Positions 54,010 through 64,000 of a stretch of 64,000 nt of DNA are shown here, in pieces. Location: the NCBI GenBank assembly GCA_028023455.1, contig JAQFVV010000002.1, forward strand, positions 18,476,001 to 18,540,000, in the 5' to 3' direction. Origin of the DNA: Epiperipatus broadwayi. Its lineage: Eukaryota; Animalia; Onychophora. Each line of letters opens with the position of its first letter. Position 1 is the stretch's first letter. The position numbers and the translations under genes are program-made. Under the pieces are notes generated by a model. It saw only the letters and a list, made by a program, of their open reading frames with translations. It did no database searches and was not told where the DNA came from.

Positions 54010-54200
54010 ACATTAACATGTCTGAATATGTCAGTATATTCCATATTTTAGAGATCATCTTCAATATTCTTCCTCCCATCATAAAATCTTGCAAACCATT
54101 TGAAAACATAATTCATGGCTTTGCTATCTTACACAGTTGGAATCCCTTCAAACATTTCAGTAACAGTTTTTCTCAATTTAAAACAAAATTGAATGTTAGT
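54010..54200 (-). pseudogene. Mariner transposase N-terminal HTH relic
   Basis: NIQFCFKLRKTVTEMF...VFKWFARFYDGRKNIEDD matches the mariner pattern IKFCFKLGKTATET...VFEWFKRFxxGRxSxEDD. Confidence 0.7.
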
Positions 54201-56302
54201 ATCATCCCATCACACACTAACTTGTGATCCAGATATACTTGCACCATACAATTTTTGTGGTCAATAGTTGAACTATGTTGCTATGTAATATACATGTTGA
54301 CTCAGAAGTGGTACTACAGGAAGCTTGGAGAGAGAGAATCAGTCACCTTTTAATTGGAATACATTGTATATATATTAAAAAATAGTTAGTCAAAAACTCA
54401 TAGACAGATGCATTTAAATATTGTAATAATGACTATCAAAACATCAGTAAGAAAATACACTTTTTAATGATGAAATTGACCAGAAGTTAAAAAATCACAT
54501 CTTATCCTCTTATAGTTACACCACATTATCATCTTAACGCCAAAATATAACCATTATAATCAAAAATATAGTTATCCAATTATTAATGAATGACATATCC
54601 ATTTAAGTGTAAATATAATTCTCTACTTTCAAATTTTATTGTTGGAAATATATAAAACACCACTATTAAAGAACTGTCAATTTCAGAAACTTTTAGGTCA
54701 GCCATCATAATGTAACAAAAATGTACACAAAGATTAAAATTTCTGTATTGCACTTATTTATATATAAAAAAATTGAATTATTAAAAAACGAGATGCAAGC
54801 ATGTTTTTCTACATGTCCACGAATCCCTGTAATACATATAGATTCTTAACGAGATTAAAAGCTGATTCTTCAAACATATAACACCTGGGCAACTTTCTAT
54901 TAGCTCATAACCTACCAAAATGTATTCAATGAACAATTTTTATAGCAAATAATTTATGAAAAAGCTGAATTGTTAATAAATCAGATCAAAACATGTTCAT
55001 CTGCATGATAAATGAATAATGTACATTGATTCTTAACTGTGTGCAATGTATCCAAAGCAAAAATGTAAACAAAAGAAATAACAAACTATGAATCACTTAT
55101 TTAATGATTCACAATATGTAGCTACAGTAGAAGAATCATGGGTAAATTTATTTACTGGTTTGAATCTTTGCATCCTCTATAATAGATTGTTAATAGTTAA
55201 GCTGCCATGAAAAAAATCCATACACTAAATAATAATAACAACCCCAAAAATTGCAATTCTACACTAAAAATTTGTCATCAAAACTATAATGGTGATAATT
55301 TCTAATATCTAGTAATTTTTACATTGGCCTTTATGTGCAATGTCTATAATTTGTGTAGCGGCATGCAATCATTGATAGGTGAATATTATTTTCATTGGTA
55401 TATGTTCTGCCACAATTTATGTCACTTTGCAGTGTCTTTTAGTTTTATTTACAGTACAAGTCATGAAGGCACTGAATTTATATGCAAGGATGATGCTTTT
55501 AAAGTTTATGCTTTTGGAGTTTATCTCTACCACATTATATGATTCTTACTCAATCCTAAGTACAAGAAATATTGCACTTTAAAGACTAAGAAATAATGCG
55601 TAATTATTATGAAACATTTATACAAACATGTTAGACATTTTTTAGCTTATTGCTCTAAAATGGGACAACATAGAACCTTCAATGGTTGTGGATGTCCATA
55701 TAGTATAAACATAAATGCAAAAAACTACTTGATTCTTTTATTAAAATATGTACTAAATTAAAAAAAAAGATGATTTGCTTACTTATACAAAAAAAAATAT
55801 TACAGGATGGGCATCTGTTTTGAAAATGTGGTTAGATTTAAGAAGAAAATCAACATAACTGAAAAACTGTTGGAATGAATTTTTTGTTGTGTAAGTTTAT
55901 AAATAAAAATTATTATTAAAAAGAATATTTCAATTTTTCTAATATAGAAAAAAAGTAATAAACTGAAATATGTAATCAAAACAATGACGTTTGTTCTTTC
56001 ACATTTGCTGCTAAAAATATTTTTTAAAAAAAGTGTTTTAACTTTATTACTAAAATCTTAACAAATATTTGTTCAGAAATCATAAAGTGCCAAATTGCTA
56101 TTTTAAAAAATAACTGTTACAAAACATTTGTGAGATATTTATTTTCACTCTATCATAACTTTTGAATTATCATGAATAAATAAAATATGATTGTAATCAT
56201 ACATATTTTTGACTTAAAATAAATATTTTGCAAAATAATCTTAAATATATGAATGAAAAAGGAAAATTTTTTTTTTTTCCTTTTGAAATAAAACAAAAAA
56301 TC

Positions 56303-56354
56303 TACCAATCAGCAGCCTTGTTACTCATTACCAATCAGCAGCCTTGTTGCTCAT
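56303..56354 (+). repeat. 26-bp tandem duplication containing CCAAT
   Basis: taccaatcagcagccttgtt(a/g)ctcat x2. Confidence 0.85.
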
Positions 56355-57656
56355 TTGTATAAAGCTGCCATCTTTATATATTTTTTAAAATTAATAAATC
56401 AATAGAATTTTAGTTTCAATTTTATCACCAAAATGAATACAAAATTGGCAAATAACTGCTACAGATAGTTGCAAAAGAATGAATTTAAACCAAATGACAA
56501 AAACCATCCTATTTTGCACTGAATATATGCTGCTAATAAGGAAGAGATTAAATTTGAAAATTTTGGGTTTATCTGAAGGAAAATTTAATAATATATTCAT
56601 TTTTTTTAATGATAGTAATAAATGCAAATTAAAATATGATGAAATGAATTAAACTATGAGATTGTTATTTAAAAAAATTACAATATTTTTGAAGATTGGT
56701 TTATTTTCTAAGAAACACTTGTAAGTAGTCATTAATAAAATACAATATCCACTCAATGGAATTTCATATTTTTATAAGTATAATATGATAACCATATTCA
56801 TTTTCAGAATGACTAGATTTTGAAAGATATTCATTTATAGCACACTTCCACTATGCAAGGTAGATCTTTTACAGAACTGTTGTATAGCATACTTATAAAT
56901 GTACAATGACGCAGAAACAATGGTGCTGATATTTGTATATAAAATCTTACAGTATTTCATATAGTATAATGATTTTTCACCTCTTTAAAACATGTTAAAA
57001 AAAAACAATTCGAATCTTGTCAGAGAGTGATGTAATAGAAAAATATCAAACTGTCAACATGGGCATTGAGATCTAGGTGTTTAATGCCTATAGAATATGT
57101 AAAAGATGAATGAAATGCATGTCTAATGAGAGCAAATAGTGTACAGTTGCAATATAATTGGGATCGAAAAAGTGAATGCACTGATAACAATTTGAAAATA
57201 CATATATATGTGTTCCATAAAATACTCCAATTAATATTTAAATCATATTATGAATAAGCAGCTTTCAAAATCTAACCATACTTTGAAACTAAATATAATA
57301 AACATATTGCACTTATAGGAATTTGAATTCTTATTGGATGGTTGTATTTAACCAATGGTTATTGATGAGCTTTTATCTTGAAAGAAAATCCATCTGGAAA
57401 AATGATTTTATAATTCTTCAAACCAGCAATGCTGAATGTGCTTTCATTTCCAAATCTATTAGACAATGCTTGTTTCATTTTAGTATATATCGACACTATT
57501 TCAGTATTACACATTTCAGATATCATTTCATGTAAGTTGTGCAAATTTATTTCCATTGCACACATATTAATTGCCATGCTTACTAACAATTAATTAATAC
57601 TTTTATAGTAGAAAATCTAATCGCATGTTGAAAATAAATATAGAAAATATATTATA

Positions 57657-58579
57657 TAATAGTATTAGCGATTAAGCCAATGCACATGCGCTTTAAAGAG
57701 ATTATATAAATGAATACTCAATTTTCCAGACACGAGATATAGTATTTTAGAAAGAATGGAATGAATCCACCCATTCTTTCAAACCCAAACGTTTATGTAT
57801 GGGCAAATCTTAAGTGTGTGGAAATAAGAGTGTGAGATGTTACACGATCACTTTAAATTACATTTATTAAGTTTGAACGAATGACACTTTGCGAAATCTT
57901 TACAATTTACGAACCGTCATTCTTTAGTTGAAATTAAACATATATAATGAGATATTATTTTATATAGCGCGAATGTTTATTTATGTAATAGTATTAGTGA
58001 TTAAGCCAATGCACATCCGTAAGAGATTATATAAATGAATACTCAATTTTCCAGACACGAGATATAGTATTTTAGAAAGAATGGAATGAATCCACCCATT
58101 CTTTCAAACCCAAACGTTTATGTATGGGCAAATCTCGTGTCTGGAAAATTGAGTATTCATTTATATAATCTCTTTAAAGCGCATGTGCATTGGCTTAATC
58201 GCTAATACAATTACATAAATAAACATTCGCGCTATATAAAATAATATCTCATTATATATGTTTAATTTCAACTAATGAATGACGGTTCGTAAATTGTAAA
58301 GATTTCGCAAAGTGTCATTCGTTCAAACTTAATAAATATAATTTAAAGTGATCGTGTAACATCTCACACTCTTATTTCCACACACTTAAGATTTTCCCAT
58401 ACATAAACGTTTGGGTTTGAAAGAATGGGTGGATTCATTCCATTCTTTCTAAAATACTATATCTCGTGTCTGGAAAATTGAGTATTCATTTATATAATCT
58501 CTTTAAAGCGCATGTGCATTGGCTTAATCGCTAATACTATTACATAAATAAACATTCGCGCTATATAAAATAATATCTC
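57657..58579. mobile_element. TSD-flanked fold-back concatemer of a 329-bp unit
   Basis: About 1.45 forward units (starts at 57657 and 57986), inversion at ~58135 via ATCT microhomology, about 1.35 inverted units; exact 13-bp TSD AAAATATATTATA at 57644-57656 and 58580-58592. Confidence 0.95.
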
Positions 58580-59336
58580 AAAATATATTATACTTAAAAG
58601 AACATAACTTCTGTTGACTGGATGCTTGGGCCTGAAATGGCTAGTAATGAGATTCCATTTATAATAAAGTCAATCTGGAAAAGGGTCTTTCATAATTCTT
58701 CAATTAATCATGATATCTTCATTTAAATGGGTATTAGATGCTTCATTTCAATATGCATATGTGTGTGCATATATATTAATTTTAGTAAATGCATAGAAAT
58801 TAATTATACTGAGTAATGGAAATATATTTATTCTCTATCATGCTAAATTTAAATTTTACTATATTTTTAAACATTACCAACTGCTTTCACAACATATATT
58901 GCAATAATGGACTGAAACCCTCAAATTGCACTAAATTCTGTCATTACAGGTGAACACTAAATATGGTTCTATTATATATATGTTAATTCAAATATTATTA
59001 AAAAATGCATAAAGAATGGAAAATTATTTTAATATGGTTGAAAATGGATTAATAATACAATCTGCATTTAAATCCTCTTGAAAAACCAATTGTTGCTGTA
59101 TTTCTTCATTATGTATTTTGAAGTAAAGGAAAAACTTTTTTCTCTTAAATGCATGATAGGAATTTTATAAAAATACTATAATAATTAATATAATATTTAA
59201 GGGAAATTACATAATCCACTTATTAATACATTCATTTATCTATTTTTCTTCATCAGTTCACTTCTCAACATCCATTCATTTATCAATCCATCCATTCAAT
59301 TACCAATCTATAAATTTATTGAAATATTTAATGATA

Positions 59337-59345
<9 letters not shown>

Positions 59346-59377
<32 letters not shown>

Positions 59378-59393
59378 CAACAACAACAACAAC
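59346..59393 (+). repeat. Compound microsatellite (AAT)n(AAC)n
   Basis: Seen directly in the sequence. Confidence 0.95.
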
Positions 59394-59900
59394 TAAATCG
59401 ATTTGGCGTTTTGTTTACTTTATCACTGATTAGAAGTCTTTCGATAAATTACTATTTTTTTTACTTAACAAAATTCTTCTAATAATTTCTCATATCATAA
59501 TGAAATGGTAAACCCTTCAGGGCATAATTTTTCTAAAATTCTTCTTCATTAATATCTTAAATATTGATCATAATTAACAAAGCCAAAAAAAAAATCTGTT
59601 TTCTAATTTTTCCACTCTAGAAATATTATTACAAAACATATTTAAATAAAACTGTATGAAATGCAAATTACACACACACGTATATAAGCAAACAAGCTTT
59701 ACTGAATCAGTCGACGCTTTCCGAGGAATATTTGATTTTGGCCAAAGATCATAGTAGGTAGAAACCCAAATATTTAACTGAAAAATCAAAATACAAATCA
59801 TGCTAAAAATTATTTCCAATTTCTACCGTTATATTTGCACTATATTATTGTTTAATTCAAATATTTATTTACATTCCTGATATATTAATCTATATTATAT

Positions 59901-60403
59901 CAAGAATGTCTAACCTGCAGCCCGAGTATGGCCCAGAATGGCTATACATGTGATTTAAAACATGGACATTTTTTTTTGCGATTATATATCGCAGTATGAT
60001 TAAAATAAATATACACAAACGCTCAAATAGAATGTCAAATCCAATTAGTTTATGTTTCGCTTTTTACTTTTATAATTTAAAAATATATATAAAAATAGCA
60101 TTGATCTTTTATTATTTAGATATCTATATTTTCTATATTACTGATCACAAACTTGGAACCTGCTTGATTTTAAAACTTGGAACCTGTTTGATTTTAAAAG
60201 ACACTCCAAATGTGTCACTTTATATATATATAGGATCATTATTTAAAGGCTTCTTTCTTATCTGTGGTGAAGGATATCATAAAAACTATGCATCTTTTTT
60301 TTTTTTTACTTATCAGCTTTGGTAATGTTTATATTTTTAATGTGTGGACAAGTCATTTTTTCTCCAATATGGCCCAAAAGTGCCGAAAATTTGGAAACCT
60401 CAT
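59901..60403. mobile_element. Possible decayed hAT MITE containing a 24-bp tandem duplication at 60149-60198
   Basis: Ends resemble CAGGGGTGTCNAAC...GGCCC and GGCCC...TTTGGANACCCC; weak. Confidence 0.3.
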
Positions 60404-60548
60404 TTATATAGTAAACTGAATGCCAATATTAAATTCATTATTTTGAATAAATAAATAACATTAAACTTTACAATTTTAGTAGAAATGTTGTTTCCTTTTT
60501 AATAATTTACTATTGAAATTAAATCAAATCCCATTTATTATTACTTTT

Positions 60549-60641
60549 TTTTCCTATGTCAAATGCGTTGACCGGGAAGCGAACAGGGGGCCAGTTGCTT
60601 GAAAGGCTGCTATGCTAACCACTAGGCCACCAACGCTTGAC
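60549..60641 (-). mobile_element. tRNA-Gly-derived SINE, the copy closest to the parental tRNA
   Basis: GCGTTGGTGGCCTAGTGGTTAGCATAGCAGCCTTTCAAGCAACTGG...TTCGCTTCCCGGTCAACGC; 13-bp TSD TATTATTACTTTT at 60536-60548 and 60642-60654. Confidence 0.9.
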
Positions 60642-61691
60642 TATTATTACTTTTAATAATATAATGAATTGAAACATGTAAAAATATGGATGTCAAATCA
60701 CAGATAAAAAAAAAAATCAAGAGTACTTTATTTGAAAAAGCACATTTCCTACAATTATTCTTTTTTAATTTTATAAATAGATAAATGACTCTTCAAATAA
60801 ATAACTTAGTATGTAAAAAATTGGACTTGATTTGTTAGATATGTTAAGTTTACAAATGAAAAACATCCTACGAAAATTATATATAAACTTTGCAAATAAA
60901 GATAATTATAATGTGAACTAAAATGAAGTAAGTAATGAAAACAATTAATTTTTTCTTATTGGATGATTGCAGCGATTCCAGTAAAAAAGTAAATTAACAA
61001 AATTATTTATTCTTAAATCAATATAAAGCTAAGAAATTTTGTTCTAAAATTTAAAAGTTTATTTATAAACATTAGGAAAAACACAATGGTGTTTAGCAGA
61101 CCATTACCTATGATAGTTTTTGTTTCACTATTGCTATGAATTTCTTACTTGTACTTTTAAAGATAAAACATACTAAAAAAAGTGTAAACATAAACATATT
61201 TATTTTTTTAATAATTACTATACAAATATTTTGTAAAACTAATTGTAAATATTTAAATAAACTATAAAAAAAATGTTTTTTTTTCCCCACATTGTTTTCA
61301 ATAATTGAAGAGGAGTTTATACATTCAAGATCATAAAATCTACCAATCAGCAATGTTTTAGACCAGGAGTGTCCAACCATTTGCCATCTCTGGGATACAT
61401 TGAAAAAAGAAGAGTTGTCTTAGACTTCATATAAAATATACAAATATTACCGAAAGCTGATAAGCAAAAAAAAAAGGTCTGTGCATATAATTTTCATGAT
61501 ATTCACCACCACAGATAAGCAAAAACGACCTTGAATAGTAATCCTAATTGAGTAGCGAACTGGTGGAACAATCATTTTATAATCAAGCAGGTCAAAAATT
61601 ATGATCAATAATATAAAAAATGTATTTATCTAAGTAATTAATCACCATTGATGTTTTTAAACATTTTTTGTTATATAAAAAAGACAACATA

Positions 61692-61796
61692 GTCAAGTGT
61701 TGTTAGCCGAGAGGTCAGTGCAGCCACCTTGCAAGCAAGTAGTTCGTTGCAGACGGTGCGGGTTCACCTCCCGGCTGATGCTATGACATATGGGGG
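61692..61796 (+). mobile_element. tRNA-Gly-derived SINE nested in the hAT
   Basis: 14-bp TSD AAAAAGACAACATA at 61678-61691 and 61797-61810. Confidence 0.9.
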
Positions 61797-62404
61797 AAAA
61801 AGACAACATAAAACTAGTGAGATTTTTAACATTGTATTTGAGAAACTAATGCATCAACATTTGGTTTGAGTGAGTTCTCAAGTTGCTTATTAGTTATTTT
61901 AATTTTGCTCTTATGTTTCACTCTTGTCAATAGTTTCTTGCAAATATAGATCTGCTAAAAGTGATAAAAGTTACTTGCAAAGCAAGAAATATGTGTCTTT
62001 GGGAAGATAGGATTTACAAATGTCCAGTAAAAAAACAAGATAAATTTTTTTCTTTAATGTTAAAGTTCTATTCATTCCATTTGAAAATTGACAGGTAACA
62101 TATTTTTGTTAAGCAAAAGTAGAAAGAAATATTATTTCCCTAGAAATCTGTTTTAATGTCAAAATATGCAAAATTGTTTATCTTGACTTTAACTGCTATA
62201 ATTGGTATGTGATACCACTATCAATTTTCAAATGCCATAATTTAATATTATTTTAAAATTGAACAGGTGTTCTTCTACATATGTCTCTATTTTCAAAATC
62301 AAATTAGTTTGACTTTAGCTAATGGGTTTTAATTATATTCATACTGCTTAAGATCTTAGACTTGGATGCAATTTTTTTCATGTTTTTTTCAAATGATAGC
62401 TTTT

Positions 62405-62590
62405 GTTTTGCTACTACGGGTACTGGTTTAGCATGAAATACATATATTGGTGATGATTTATCTTTTTGACATGTATGTGATCAAGTGTATCAGTGGTATG
62501 AGATAGCATGGATGGTTGTGGGTCAGGTGAAAGTCTGAGTTCAAACCTCCTATATATTACAGATAGAATAGAATGAAAAGCCTGTATGGC
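62405..62590 (+). mobile_element. Family A copy, 5'-truncated at HHR helix II, nested in the hAT
   Basis: Begins GTACTGGTTTAGCATGAAATACATATATTGGT and continues to AAGCCTGTA. Confidence 0.75.
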
Positions 62591-64000
62591 AGAAAAAATT
62601 CATATTTCAAAAAGAAATATATTAAATCTTGTTGTTACTATTGGTAACAAGACTATGTAGCAAATTTATTTTCATTAAAATTATAGATTTTAAAAAAGCA
62701 AAAAGCAGTCAAAACAAAAATAATTTTATTTCAGTTTCTGGCTACATTAAAGAATTTTTTTTACTCAAAAAATGTAATAATGCTTATAAAAAAAACTAAT
62801 TTGAAATGATATATATATCTTAAGAGTAGTATGAGATACTGATTATAGTGGGAATGTAACTGTCATATCTGACCTTGCCTTTAGAAGTTGACTGTTCCAG
62901 ATTACTTGCCTGATTGGCTAGCACCCAGGCACTGTCCAATGGGGATAAAAACAATCCTAGAAATTGTAGATTAATTTGAACTTGCATAAATTCAGGTTCA
63001 TTTGGAATGCTGTTATGGTTTGAATCATTGGTTTTCACTTTGAAGATGCATGTCTAACTTGTTTACTAAAAATTTCAAATTTGTAAACCGCTTCCATCAT
63101 CAATTTCTAGCACAAGTTTGTTTTATTGATACCATAAATGAATCGATAACATGTCACAAATTATAAAATCTATTTAGCATTTGTCCTCAACTTAAACACC
63201 TTACTTTTGAAAAGTATATGATGTTGCAAAATTAGTGTCAATATTTTTAAGGAATTCCTGGAACTGATAATGATTTGATCCCTTGGCTCGTATAAAAATC
63301 ACAGTATTGATGATGATTTGCATGACATTAGTCATTTTGAATCTTTTATATATAAATTTTCTTTAAGTATTATGCAATTATACTTCATCAAATGTGACCT
63401 TTGGGCAGCCATTACAATGTCTTCTTTCTACAATTTCTCTCTTTTTTTACTTACCAGATATGTTGACAATGGAGAAAGAAAATTGTTTTAACGTATTTTT
63501 TTTTTTACAAATTTGTATAAATCTCTTGATCTACTTATGTCTTTTAATGGCACTAAAAGCAATTTCTTCAGTCACATTGTATTCATCATCAACATCTCTA
63601 ATAATAATGACAAGTTTAGCTGTATCTGGAGCATAAGTCATCATCGAAGCACAAAACTTAAAATTAGCAGATTTAATTCTCCAAACTTCTTTCAATAGAT
63701 TTTTCAATTTTCAGTGAGACAAATTAATTTTAGAAATATCTTTTCTTTCAAAACAAATTATAAGTGCCACACTTTCGATACATTGCTTAATAAACTCACC
63801 ATCAAAAAATGGTTTATTTTTTTTTGTTATTGAATATCCTGTTACATAATTAGCTTTTGCAATGGAATTCATTAGAATTGTAATATTATGAAGAAAAAAA
63901 AACTTCATTGAGAAGTCAGCCTTTTTTTCATATACATTGGATTTGGAGCATGCTTTTGTATATAATGCCTGTTCAAATTATAGTTTTTGAAAACTTGCTC

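Larger units (their letters stand above)
61364..64000 (-). mobile_element. Degenerate hAT (Charlie/OposCharlie-like) transposon, truncated by the window end
   Basis: Transposase fragments KPFFDGEFIKQCIESVALIIC (63711-63908), DTAKLVIIIRDVDDEYNVTEE (~63560-63630) and C-terminal NKQLENSL..KPNVDALVSQIQC..SH (~61810-61950); terminus CAGGAGTGTCCAACC at 61364. Confidence 0.85.

Noticed and set aside
57359-57589. ORF ...YTKMKQALSNRFGNESTFSIAGLKN as a host gene
   Set aside because: Looks like a DNA-transposon-associated protein relic, but I cannot name the family, and there are no splice signals
7276-61796. Functional tRNA genes
   Set aside because: All copies have A tails and mostly TSDs, altered anticodons, A58C and indels; they are SINEs
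4376-63698. Most ORFs in the supplied track as genes
   Set aside because: Short, enriched in I/F/L/K/N/Y as expected from AT-rich non-coding DNA, and often inside or antisense to repeats; only 16016, 63711 and possibly 25821 and 57359 look protein-derived

Overview
Very AT-rich eukaryotic DNA, most likely intronic or intergenic sequence from an arthropod-like animal (inferred from composition and TE content). There are no prokaryotic genes, rRNA, intact tRNA or CRISPR array, and almost all listed ORFs are spurious or TE debris. The window is a layered TE landscape. It holds degenerate LINEs (RTE, CR1/L2-like, other RT relics), a decayed hAT element of Charlie/OposCharlie type with a MER30-like end, a mariner relic, and 8 copies of a short tRNA-Gly(TCC)-derived SINE that all carry A58C. 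The most striking component is a dense set of short non-coding insertions built as snap-back palindromes and/or head-to-tail multimers, most flanked by AT-rich target-site duplications (TSDs) of about 12-16 bp. Most of them carry minimal type I hammerhead ribozyme (HHR) motifs with palindromic helix III, from at least five sequence families, as is established for Penelope-like element pseudo-LTRs and retrozymes. Their fold-back points cluster at or near the ribozyme. Two further TSD-flanked fold-back concatemers (323-bp and 329-bp units) have the same architecture, lack a recognisable hammerhead and share a conserved motif set; these are the best candidates for an undescribed element class or RNA processing signal. 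A few possible small host exons are reported at low confidence. All alignments, translations and folds were done by eye.
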